The position numbers and the translations under genes were made by a program. Positions 48,922 to 60,197 of a stretch of DNA of 64,000 nucleotides are shown here, piece by piece (positions within the stretch are counted from its first letter, which is position 1; each line of letters starts with the position of its first letter). The notes beneath the pieces were generated by a model. It was not told the DNA's origin. It made no database searches and saw nothing but the letters and a program-made list of their open reading frames with translations. The DNA comes from Diadema antillarum (taxonomy: Eukaryota), in the NCBI RefSeq assembly GCF_040938485.1, contig NW_027271913.1, forward strand, positions 1,302,001 to 1,366,000, written 5' to 3'.

Positions 48922-50969
48922 TTTTGTACTATTTCATCAATCTATGTTGACAAATCCACCTAGCCAGTGACAACTTTTGGGCGGTATTGATCAGTTAGAT
49001 GATTATCTCTCCATCATCTATTTATCACACTTTTTTTCACAGAGCAATGCACTACTTTTATAATTGGTCTTCTGATTATCTGAATTGTAAACTCATCTCT
49101 TGCGATTAAACCAAACCATGACTTTATTCAAGATTCTATACCCTCTAATACTACTTCATAAAACAGTGGCAGACCAGGTGCACCAGGCATGCGCCCCCTT
49201 TAATTTTGATTTTTGTTTGAATAAAAGAAAGAAAAAGATAGAAATTAAAATGGGCATGTGCACCCCCATTCAATTCCAGAAAATTGCACTGAAGTGGTTT
49301 TTTTTCACTTGTCAGCCGCTGAAACCAGCAAGTGGCACGGAAAAAGGGGGAGATTTTTGTTGTTCTTTTTGCTTGTCAATTGTCAGGCGATGAAACCCGG
49401 AAGAGGCTTTATCTTAATTGTGTGTGTGTGTGTGTGTGTATGTGTGTGTGTTTGTCACCTGATTAAACCCAGAAGTGGCACCAGAAATATTTTGCCCCCC
49501 CCCCCCCCCCCCCCCTTACTGAAATCCTGGATCCGCCCCTGCAACATTAATATCACACAGTGCGACTTAAATTTATGCAATTTATGTCTCATGTTTTACT
49601 CAAGAACTAGTATATCTCATCTTTTAATCAAAAACTTGCTTATACACAGGTGTATGCATATTGTTCATATACAGTATTGTCAAAGATCTAACAGAGACCA
49701 CAATATGGACCTATGGACCTATTTCAATATCTGATCCATAAAAGTACACAGAAAAATGAATTGTAATTTTGGTATCCTTGAAGATCATCTTGCAGATGAT
49801 AACGAGCACAAAAGTTTGTGTGTCCTTTTTGCAACCCTGGAAATGAGATTTCTTTCATATAAGCTGGTACAATTTAGAGGTAAGTAATTAAGACCTTTCA
49901 TCAGAAAAATAAATCTGGAAACATCTTTATGACAGAGGAGGTGCATTCATTGTATATTCAATAATAAAATATATGTCAAGTGAATTTATTGTGACCCTCA
50001 AAAATTCTCGGTGCAAAACAAAACTCTGAGGTGTATTACAATAAGTTTTCATTGGGAGACAATCCCATTATTCTTCAACCATGCAAAATTTTGTGATGTT
50101 TGCAAAAGGGATATACATTTGTACAACCTTTCATTCAAATCTAGGACATTGCTAAGATATAAGACAACAATTTATACAATCCGAGTGTTACTTCCACAAG
50201 AAGTGCCCAATACACTAGTTCTTATAGAGCCTAGTTTACATGGTTGCATGGCTTACAATAGTACATCTCCAAATCTGATGGTGAAACAATGCTTACAGTG
50301 CCTGTATCTTTGAACTAGAGCTAAGAGATAAAAACCTTGGGTTACTGGTACAGTATTTTAAAATAGGAAATAAAATTGCATATTTTTGTTTTCATCACTA
50401 CTCCACAAAGACAACAATACTTACAGGTTTGTGGCCAAATGACAAACACTATGTATTGATTATGATAATCATTATGAAAGGAATGCAATGTCTAGTTAAC
50501 CCTAATGTCTTATCATCACTTTTGATAAGGCAGCATGAATCTTGGGACACAGAAAATTCTGATATAAGGAGGCTCCCTGATTGTCGATAAAAGAATTATT
50601 TTACAACAAACCTAAATGTCACACAATACTGTTATAAAATGGCAAAGCAAATGGCACTTATTTTCTTAGCAATGATGACCGACACGATCAAAACATTAAA
50701 AATTGGTGGTACAGTATGTTGTTTGTTTTCCTTGGCTGTGGCAGTGGCATAAAGATACAAGTTTTGAAATTCTACAATCATAGTAAAAAAATTGTCATTC
50801 ATTTCAATTACTGCAAGGAATGTCAAGATAAATGCAACTGTTCTGAAAATATATGCTATGATTTATGCATAATGTTTACATAGGTAAAAAATGATCTGCA
50901 GTTACAATACTTACGCTAATGTATTAACCCTTTGCTTCTCATCTAACAACTTCATTACATGTAGTCATA

Positions 50970-51166
50970 TACTGTAAAAGTGGATATTTTCGCACTCGGC
51001 AGGGTAAGAAGAGTTTCACATGTTTTTAATTCCGCAGAATCAAGACGTCAACTACAGGCACATATGGCAAGCAAAATTATTCCAATGCTTTTATTTTCGA
51101 AATAGATTGTGGTTGCGGGAAATGTGTGAAAATTTCAACACCGCAAAAATTTCCACTTATACAGTA
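50970..51166. mobile_element. TACTGTA...TACAGTA MITE, second subfamily
   Basis: TIR TACTGTA.AAGTGGA.ATTTT; a similar copy lies at 15491-15682. Confidence 0.7.
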
Positions 51167-51407
51167 ACACATGTGACTCTCAACCTTCAAATTGTAATAT
51201 TCTCACTGTGATAATAATATGTTTGTTTTACTGCTTTGCACTGAGTGTGGGAGTTATGTGTAGCCAAGGAGGAATAAATGAAATTCACAACTGCCACAAA
51301 TCGACAGCATGACTGAGTATCATCATTGTGAGTTCCTGCAGATGTTTCATCCTGTGAAATTTGACATTAGAAGATACTGCATCTGTCTATTCACAGCCAT
51401 GGCACTT

Positions 51408-53372
51408 TCACATCCTCAAAATGTTTCTGGTTTTCCAGAACTGGTCTTGGCCAGTTTTGAGTGCTTCCATGGCCACCTGCCATGCTTGTTCCGGTCTAAA
51501 CCCAACCAAGGCAGTTCCAACCAGTTCGATCTGCTTCTCCGCAGCCAGCTCCCTGACTCGCTGTTCAATCATATCAGGCGGTGTGTAATCTAGAACAATG
51601 GGTGTGTCTTCTTGGGCAATCTTTTCACCCCTACCACCTTGGTCTGCCGCATCATTACCTCCAGAAGAGGCTAAATTGGTCGACTTTTGATCTATGCTGT
51701 CCACATTGCAGGCAATCTCAACCCTGCCTTCATGGGGGAAAGCCATGGCCTGCACCCCTGGGAGTCCCCCAGCACTGGTGGCCCGGATGGCAGCTGCTAT
51801 CTCCCTGCCTGCTTCCAAGTCCCGTGTGTCTATGGTCACATTGCAATTTGTGACATAGTGTGATGCTCCGACACCTGAATACAAAATATAAGTCACACAC
51901 ACAAGATTCTCACCTCAAGATGAAAAAATTCCCACCTAACTATTAAGAGTATGGGTAAATATCTGATTAAAATGTCGGAATGTGCTCTGGTAGTATCCAA
52001 CTAAAACCACTACCTCACTGCACAAGCTACTTATTGTTTAAGCTTCAATATTATGATGTCTTGAAGGATCATTGCTAAATGTAAACTGGCCTTCTCTAAA
52101 ACTGAATGAATAAAAAAAGACTCAAAACTGTTTTAAATGGACACACAAATAAGCTTTCTGATCTATGGTGCAACACAACTTCCTTGTTTTCATGCTTTGA
52201 ATACATTGTCACAAATCATACTCTTTTCCATTTTACTTTATACAATATACCACACATGTCAAAACTTTGAGATTAAAACATCACCGAAAGATAAAGAGAG
52301 AGATTCCACAACTTAAATTTACCTGTCAGTCCATATCTGCTTGATGGTCGCGCACCAAAGTCATGAGTGAATTTCGACCAATCAATGCCACTTTTCCCGC
52401 GGAACCAGCCGACGGCCTTCCTCCTAGGCACAAGGCTGCGACACTGAGGCAAATCTGCTGCCCCAAACAAGAAGAAAGAAGTTCCCTGGATGTTGTCACT
52501 CAGATACTCAGCAATGGCTATTAAATTCAAACAGAAAAAAAATTCACATTTTATTTGCAATGATTGTCAATTTCAAGTCATTAACCCATTGAGGACGAGA
52601 CCCGAGTATACTCGGGCAGGCGTTTATGAGAAATGCATGTTGTAGCAAAATCAGTCGGTCCTCAACAGGTTAATATATTCACATTTCATTTGTAATTCTT
52701 TACAAGCTTTCTGTTTCCTAACAACCATATTTCAATCATCTGGATCATAAAACAATGTGTAGTTAGATACGATAATAATGCACTGTCAAATGATATGTTA
52801 TGTTGACAATTGGTTGATAAGACAATGCGCACAAACATCCCCTACAAAGTTTCCATGAAATGTTAGCATAATCTCTACACTGTTATACACAATGAAATGA
52901 ACTCATTAATAGTACCTCTCAAGACAAACCTAAACTTAGGATTAACAAACTATGAATTGGGAAAAATGCAGGAATGAAAACATTAAGAAATAATCACATC
53001 ATATCAATTCTCCATTATATTGGATATGGTAAACAAAGTTAAAACATTTAAAAAATGTAAATAAAGTTTGAGGATGTATCTATTCTGAAACCCTGTGCAC
53101 TCTCTGAATTTGTACTCTCACTGCCTAGAAGTTTGCCCATATTACAACTCCAATCCTGACCCAGAGATGACATCGCAGAGCATTTTTGCATCCAGCAGAA
53201 GAGATACGTATGTGAAAACACATTGTTTCTTGTGCTTTTATATTTTACTCTGTATCAATTGTTTCTCCAGAGGACACCAATGATACCAATTATAATGTCA
53301 AAAATTTAATACAAGCAATGAACACACTACTTGCATCCCTCTAAGCATTTGATAGCTAATGTGACAGAAGTA

Positions 53373-53403
<31 letters not shown>

Positions 53404-53804
53404 CAAGAACTCTACTCACATCTTGCAATGGTTCCACATTCTTGCAGAGACACTGCAGCTGACAAGGGATAGACTGGGATGAGATCCACAGAGCCTAGTC
53501 TAGGATGAACACCCTCTTGTGAAGAAAGATCTATCAACCTGCAGACAAATACAGTAAGATAGTTTTCTCAATTAAATGAAAATATTACTGCAGCATCTTG
53601 TTTTCCTTCTCAGATATCAGCCATAGTTAGTTTCAGTGACAATCTTATGAAAGAGGATTGTGTGAGGACTACTATTCAGTACTCAGTTACCAGCATCAGT
53701 GCACAACATAATGTGGTCAGTACTGAAACTTGCAGCATTCAATTAAAGAGGGTGTTTGGTGAGTTATGTTTTGTTTCGTTTTGTCTTTTGTTTGTTTATT
53801 AGTT

Positions 53805-53839
<35 letters not shown>

Positions 53840-53847
53840 GATGTTGT

Positions 53848-53882
<35 letters not shown>

Positions 53883-54690
53883 TATTCAGCAATTACATAA
53901 AGGAAGAATGTGCAAGGCTTTGGATATTGTACTGGTAGTGAAACAACACTGTCCACATGGTGATATGTATGCAAACATAAACAAGGAAAAGTAGAAATTA
54001 CGCGGTGCGTAAAATATGTCCCCGCCGGAAGTAGCATTTAGTAGCAAAATGTACAATATCGGTAAAAAATCAAGGTCAAAGGTCAAAGAAGTCAAAGGTC
54101 AAAATTCTGTGTAGAAGTTTTGAAGCCCTCACCTAGTGCCATCACAAAAAGCAAACGGAATCGAAATCGGGTTAGAAATGGCGAAGGAGTAGCATTTTGT
54201 AGCCAATGTACAATATAGGTCAAAAATCAAGGTCAAAGGTCAAAGAAGTCAAAGGTCAAAATTCTGTGTAGAAGTTTTGAAGCCCTCACCTAGTGCCATC
54301 ACATAAAGCAAACGGAATCGAAATCGGGTTAGAAATGGCGAAGGAGTAGCATTTTGTAGCAAAATGTACAATATAGGTCAAAAATCAAGGTCAAAGGTCA
54401 AAGAAGTCAAAGGTCAAAATTCTGTGTAGAAGTTTTGAAGCCCTCACCTAGTGCCATCACATAAAGCAAACGGAATCGAAATCGGGTTAGAAATGGCGAA
54501 GGAGTAGCATTTTGAAGCAAAATGTACAATATAGGTCAAAGGTCAAGGTCAAAGGTCACAACTGAAATTCTGTGTAGAAGTTTCAAAGCTCCCATGTAGT
54601 GCTATCATATAAAGCAAACAGAATTAAAATTGGCTCATAAATGACAGAGAAGTAGCAAATTGAACATTTTGATCACACACGGACGCACAG

Positions 54691-54724
<34 letters not shown>

Positions 54725-56191
54725 ACACGGACACACACACGTACGGAGCCCGTTTCATAGTCCCCTGCTCGAACTCGTTCGGCGGGGACAAAAAAGACCC
54801 TGTTAATGATGGCATCAAATAGTAAACAGTTCATCATGGATTTAAAATCTTTTCTTCCAACAAAGGTATGAGTCAATGACGCATTGATCATGTGAAGTTT
54901 TAATTCATCTATTCCCAAGCATCTATTCTTACGAGTTTACGTTATGCATTCTTAAAGAGCAAAATAATATCGCACAAAAGAGTAAAACATCCATGGAGCT
55001 ATGTTCCAAAGAATTGCTACTTTTGACTTGCAATATCTTTCTATAATATCAGATTGAACCTTAAATCATTTCAGAATCAGCAAATGAGTTAGATTGGCTT
55101 ACTGAAGAGCTGTTAATGTGGCAATTCAGACATGATCAGCTGAAGTCACTTCATTTCCATGTCCAGTATGCACAGGTATGGCAACTAAAGCAACCCTCCC
55201 CCCCCCCCCAAAAAAAAGAAAGAAACAAAAGCAGATGAATGACTCTAAGACACTTACGACTCAAAACAGTGACACAGTTAAACAAATGCAACACACCTGT
55301 ATGCCTCTGTACATGCACCACACACAGCTGATTTGAGATGGGAGATTGGTGCAGCTATGGTGAGCACTGACCGGTTGTAGTCAATGTCCTGAAAGATATT
55401 TAGGACAGATGAGAGATGCTGAGGCCCTTCACCTGTGGATGAAGTGGAAAATGCGTACACGAAGTAGAACGTGGATATAATGATTTAAAAAATACAGAAG
55501 AAAGAACATTATCCAGAACAGATCCTCAAATAATCCAATATGAAATCAGAAATGATGAATAAATCAAATTGAACAATACAAGATATGAACGTGGCTGAGA
55601 TATTATAGGACTTGGTTTAGTGTGTGTGTGTGTGGGGAGGGGGTGTTTGTGTCTACAAGTATCATTAATTAGAAAAGTTTTAACAAATTTGACCAAAACA
55701 TGTTTTTGTGTGTTTGCTTAATCAATTTTAGACTGTAAACTCAAGTTCAAATTTCTCACACATCATTGCCATTCCCACAACCAACCTTAACAATATCAGA
55801 ATGATGAAGCATGGTTCTGTCTGGAACTATTAAATGTAATCCTAATTCTAATAATTGAGAACATCCAAAATCAATGGCAGGATATCATTTAACTAAAATC
55901 TTCAGAGATTTGATTTGTTGGTATGGCGCTCAGACTGTTGTATGAATTATCTAGTGTACGTACAATATGTTCCTAGTCAACTGATGTTAGATTCTGTGAT
56001 ATCTAAAATAGCTGGAATGTGGAAGAAGAAAAGAGAAAGTCAAACTGTCAGCAATGCACACAAAATGACTTACCAGTAGTAGTACTAGAAGCCCATGTTG
56101 TAGCTGCCTTTGCAACCCTTTCAATCACTTCATAATTTCTGGCCTCGGAAATGTTAAGGAGGCAAATCCCAAGCCTGCCAAGAGAAGACAT
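51408..56191 (-). CDS. FTCDNL1: Formiminotransferase N-terminal subdomain-containing protein (stand-alone glutamate formiminotransferase-like), 344 aa; coding exons 56074-56191, 55297-55432, 53420-53538, 52323-52517, 51408-51874
   Basis: Spliced translation MSSLGRLGICLLNISEARNYEVIERVAKAA..SVLNIFQDIDYNRSVLTIAA..IDLSSQEGVHPRLGSVDLIPVYPL..FFLFGAADLPQCRSLVPRRKAVGWF..GVGASHYVTNCNVTIDT..GVQAMAFPHEGRVEIACNV. The LLNISEAR, DYNRSV, G.HP.LG.VDLIP and GVQAMAFPHEG motifs are characteristic. All introns are GT-AG with matching phases (1035 nt). The first coding exon has an acceptor at 56241, so a 5'UTR exon lies further upstream. Confidence 0.9.
52585..52669. mobile_element. piggyBac-like miniature element (85 bp)
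   Basis: TTAA|CCCATTGAGGAC...GTCCTCAACAGG|TTAA. Confidence 0.75.
53808..53882. repeat. (GTT)n microsatellite
   Basis: Direct reading. Confidence 0.9.
53979..54795 (+). mobile_element. Helentron-associated non-autonomous element with ~158-bp core tandem repeats (~3.9 copies)
   Basis: 5' AAACAAG with subTIR TGTCCCCGCC (54017-54026) inverted to GGCGGGGACA (54781-54790). The TGTACAAT register falls at 54050, 54207, 54365 and 54523. (ACAG/ACGG)n and a 3' GTCCCC..GGGGAC hairpin follow. Confidence 0.85.
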
Positions 56192-56936
56192 GACGAGTCT
56201 TGATCTGTGTCACGAGCAGAACAGAACTTCTGCTGTCAGAACTGTGGGATTGAAATAAGAAGTTTTCATTGTCATCATCACTACAGCTAGCATATTGTGT
56301 CATATCTGGCCCAAAATGCTGTAATCATCTTTGTATGTGCTGTGATCTCCAGGGCTGTATATCATCTATTTTTTTTAATTTAATAATTTACATGTTTACT
56401 TTAAATGATTTGAAAAAGAATCGTAATTGTATCATAATTTAGTTTTGAATAAACTGCTTAGTATTAGAGCTCATTGTATTGCCATCAGAACATATCTTAT
56501 CAAATATTTAGACATAGTACACTTACAAATCAATTACCTGGTACAAGATTATAGTCTATTACTTTACAGGATCCTAGGAGGAGTTCAACTTACCATCCTC
56601 TTGTGATTTATTCAAAGATAAATAGATGTCATATTGTGATATAGCAAAGCTGACATCAGTCAGGTCACTTCAATAACCATGATAACAAGCAAAATAGAAA
56701 ATTAAATGAAAAACATTGAAATTTAATTTGTATTTTATGAGTAATGGGAGGATAGAGAATTCAGCCATTGGCTGCGCATTAGCCATTGGCTGAATTTGCG
56801 TAATATGAGAGGCCGTTCCGCGCGCAATCGCCATCTTTGAAAGCTGATGACTACTGTGAAAAAATATTTCGAGATAAAATAGATCTTGTATAAGCCACAT
56901 TTAAGGCTGTTCAGAGTAAGGGAGGGAGCGGAGGGT

Positions 56937-57085
56937 GCTGAATTCTCTATCCTCCCATTACTCATAAAATACAAATTAAATTTCAATGTTTTTCATTTAA
57001 TTTTCTATTTTATCTCGTAATGTACGGTAGAGAATTCAGCCATTGGCTGCGCATTAGCCATTGGCTGAATTTGCGTAATATGAGA
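56937..57085. repeat. DIRS internal complementary region (ICR)
   Basis: 56937-57011 is the exact reverse complement of 56691-56765. 57006-57085 is the exact reverse complement of 61570-61649. The two parts overlap at the CTA-TTTT-ATCTCG junction. Confidence 0.95.
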
Positions 57086-57150
57086 CTTCAAAGATTTTCA
57101 CAGTAGTCATTTTCACCGAATATATTGTCAGAGAAAGTTTTTGGGCAACT

Positions 57151-58167
57151 TTACCTATGTTTACAGGACTGAATCTTGTCCCTTCCTAGAGGTTGTCCCA
57201 GAACTGCTTGTCCAAAAGATGTTGCCTGGGATGCCGGTTTCAGGTAAAAATTCCTGAACGTGGATTCATTTTTCCACCCAGCATGCTTGAGAATGTCTGC
57301 TATTGGAAAATGATTCCTCTTGGCAGATGAGGTTGCCGCCGATCTCGTTGAATGTGCTTTGAAGAGATCGGTGTCGATACCTGATGCTCTCAACACAGTT
57401 TTTATCCATCGAGCGATGGTTTGCTTTGATGCCTTCCCATGGGGTTGCTTGTAGGTGACAAATAGTGCATTCACCTCCTTCCTCAATGTGCTTGTTCTGT
57501 TAATGTATTCTTTAACATAGTGTACAACACAGAGTTTCTTATCCTCGGGAAAGGCTTTCAGTGTTACTTTCACTCCCACATTCCCAGGTTGACTCTGCTT
57601 TATCAAATCAGCCACTGCTATTTCCACACAATCTTTGGACGCCTTCACATTGTTAAGGGTTAGGTATGAAAGTGTTTGCACTCTTTGGGCAGAAGTCAAC
57701 GCTAGTAAAAAACATACTTTGTGTGTCAGTTGACACAGCGAAATCTTATGAGCTGGAGTTACTTGTCTGAGGTAGCTCAGCACCTTGCCCACATCCCATA
57801 TGAAGCTGTATCTCGGAGTGGGTGGTCGGAGATTAAAAATGCCCCTGAAGTACCGGCAAATCCAAGGATGTGTAGAAATGGTGTATTTCTCGTCCCGTAG
57901 AAGAACAACTGATGCTAGTGCGCTCCTTGATGTATTCAAGGTGCTGTAGCTTGCTCCATTTTTGTACATAGAATTAAAAAACGCAAACAAATTTCCCACC
58001 TTCGTATGGGTCCAACATAAGTGACGCTCATGACAAAACCTTTGCCACTTCCTAATATACACCATATACTGCTCCTTGGTGGATTTCCTCCAAGACGCTG
58101 CCATTATATCAGCAGTCTCCTCCGTCAGTCCTTGAGCTATGAAATGTTTGCTCCAACCCTGCAACAT
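57151..58167 (-). CDS. DIRS ORF3: tyrosine recombinase with N-terminal SAM-like integrase domain
   Basis: Catalytic motifs AQR (R), KAHSTR (HxxR), AGW and RNFY (Y). N-terminal SWRKST..QY..Y..KW..FC is also present. Confidence 0.95.
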   Translation of the reverse strand: MLQGWSKHFIAQGLTEETADIMAASWRKSTKEQYMVYIRKWQRFCHERHLCWTHTKVGNLFAFFNSMYKNGASYSTLNTSRSALASVVLLRDEKYTISTHPWICRYFRGIFNLRPPTPRYSFIWDVGKVLSYLRQVTPAHKISLCQLTHKVCFLLALTSAQRVQTLSYLTLNNVKASKDCVEIAVADLIKQSQPGNVGVKVTLKAFPEDKKLCVVHYVKEYINRTSTLRKEVNALFVTYKQPHGKASKQTIARWIKTVLRASGIDTDLFKAHSTRSAATSSAKRNHFPIADILKHAGWKNESTFRNFYLKPASQATSFGQAVLGQPLGRDKIQSCKHR

Positions 58168-60197
58168 AAGAGGGAGAGATGTGTAAGTGGATGGGGTCTA
58201 CCTGTAATGGGTTGGGTTAACAACTGGTGTTTTCGCAATACCCAGGGCTCCTCCAATAGCATGTTACGTAGTACGGTATACCAGGGCTGTGTTGGCCAAT
58301 TTGGCACTATCAAAATTCCCCTAGCGCCATCTTGTCTGATTTTTTGGAGACACTTTGCAACCAAGCTAAATGGGGGAAACGCATAAAATACTAGGGGTCC
58401 CCAGTCAATAGTGAATGCGTCTACTGCCCATGCCCCTGGATCTGGTCTCCAGGAGACGTATGTTGGGAGCTGGGCATTCAGTCTGGTGGCAAAAAGGTCT
58501 ACATTTGGTAACCCATACCTCTGCACTATCTCATTGAATATTGTCTTGTCTAGCATCCATTCTATATTGTCATTGAATTTCCTTGACATCGTATCAGCTT
58601 CTGTGTTCTTAGAGCCTGCTAAGTGAGATGCTGTTATCCAAATTTGTCGTCTACTGCACCAATCCCAAATTTGCAACGCCATTTCGTTACATGCTTCAGA
58701 CTTGACGCCGCCCATGTTATTCAAGTATGTCACCGCTGTGGTGTTGTCTAATCTCAACAGTATATGTGCATCTCTGACATTTGAACAGAAGCTTTTGAGT
58801 CCCAAACCGGCTGCTAGCATTTCCAGATAGTTTATTTCATTACCTGCTGCTCTTGCTAATTCTTGAGCATTCCATCTACCCCCTGTCTTGGATTGCAGGT
58901 CTGTGGCACCCCAACCTTGTCCACTAGCATCTGTTCTTATTTCTTTTGATACTTTCCCTGGGTACAGGGGTTTAGACACGAGATGTGCATGGGATGACCA
59001 CCAAACTAGTTCCGCCTTGGCTCTATTTGATAGGCTCATATGTCTATCGAAATGTCCTTTCTGTTTTCTCAGGGCTCTGATTTTTTCCCTTTCCAGCTGC
59101 CTGTAATGCAAGGGGCCGTACTGAGATGCTGGTAAGGCAGCCACAATCTTCCCAATGACTTTAGCTACCTCCCGGATACTAGGTTTGTTATTAGCAAGTA
59201 AGGATCGACATGCATCTTGAATGTCATTGCTTTTACTGGCTGGGAGGGTGATTCTCATTTCAGATGTATTTAAATGGAAACCCAGAAATTCAATCTCACG
59301 GGATGGTTCAAGTACCGATTTCTCTGAGTGAATAATGAACCCTAGACTAGTCAAAAGGTCAGTGGTGGCTTGCACTGCTGAGCGAGTGTCTGCTTTATTG
59401 TTCCCAATTATCAGTGTGTCGTCCAAGTACGACAAAACTGTGTGCCCCTGTTGTCTTAGTAAGGCAAGTACTGGTTTCAGTATTTTGGTGAACAGTCTTG
59501 GGGCGGAAGATAAGCCATTTGGCAAAGCTTTGAACTGCCACAATTGGTTTCTCCATACGAAGCGGAGATATTTACGAGAGTCTAAGTGAATGGGAATTGT
59601 GTAGTATGCATCACGGAGGTCTACTGAAGCCATATAACACCCTTTTGAGAGGAGTAGAATACCAGATTGAATATTATCCATTTTAAAGTGTTGGTACTGA
59701 ACACTTTTGTTGAGTTCGGACAGGTCAAGAATTAATCGAACTCCTCCGTTCTTTTTTGGTCTCGTGAAAACCTCTGAAATAAATTCCCCTTCTTCATGGG
59801 CACATTTTTCAATGACCTGTTTTTCTTCCAGAACAAGAATCTCATGGTCAATCTTGGCTGTTTCTTCAGCATTCCGCTTGTAAGAACGCAGAGGTTTTTC
59901 TCGAGAAGGGGGAAATTTTTCTGGGTCAAATTCTATTGTATAGCCTTGAACTGCTTGAATAATGTGTGAGTCTCTCGTGATATTTTCCCAAGCAGGGAAA
60001 AATGGCTTCAGACGACCTCCGACGACAGCTGGTGTTGTAACTAGATCGTTGTCTATGTTGTGTTCATAGTCACCTACCTGTTCTATTTCCTCCCCTGGCT
60101 TTGGCTCTGCCTGTGGTAGGTTGGCTGCTTGTTGCCACCCTCCCTTGCTGCTGTCGGTGTGTAAGTGTGAGGAGGATCTCGAGGTCTCCCCCTCCAA
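58137..60197 (-). CDS. DIRS pol ORF2: reverse transcriptase, RNase H and Dam-like methyltransferase domain
   Basis: RT motifs RLILDL, DLRDAY, LPNGLSSAPRLF and SYLDD. RNase H residues TDAS, NYLEMLA, RLDNTTAV and ADTMSR. MT-like DLFAT and YAFPPF. The track start is TTG, and the first ATG lies inside the RT domain. Confidence 0.95.
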   Translation of the reverse strand: MEGETSRSSSHLHTDSSKGGWQQAANLPQAEPKPGEEIEQVGDYEHNIDNDLVTTPAVVGGRLKPFFPAWENITRDSHIIQAVQGYTIEFDPEKFPPSREKPLRSYKRNAEETAKIDHEILVLEEKQVIEKCAHEEGEFISEVFTRPKKNGGVRLILDLSELNKSVQYQHFKMDNIQSGILLLSKGCYMASVDLRDAYYTIPIHLDSRKYLRFVWRNQLWQFKALPNGLSSAPRLFTKILKPVLALLRQQGHTVLSYLDDTLIIGNNKADTRSAVQATTDLLTSLGFIIHSEKSVLEPSREIEFLGFHLNTSEMRITLPASKSNDIQDACRSLLANNKPSIREVAKVIGKIVAALPASQYGPLHYRQLEREKIRALRKQKGHFDRHMSLSNRAKAELVWWSSHAHLVSKPLYPGKVSKEIRTDASGQGWGATDLQSKTGGRWNAQELARAAGNEINYLEMLAAGLGLKSFCSNVRDAHILLRLDNTTAVTYLNNMGGVKSEACNEMALQIWDWCSRRQIWITASHLAGSKNTEADTMSRKFNDNIEWMLDKTIFNEIVQRYGLPNVDLFATRLNAQLPTYVSWRPDPGAWAVDAFTIDWGPLVFYAFPPFSLVAKCLQKIRQDGARGILIVPNWPTQPWYTVLRNMLLEEPWVLRKHQLLTQPITGRPHPLTHLSLLCCRVGANIS

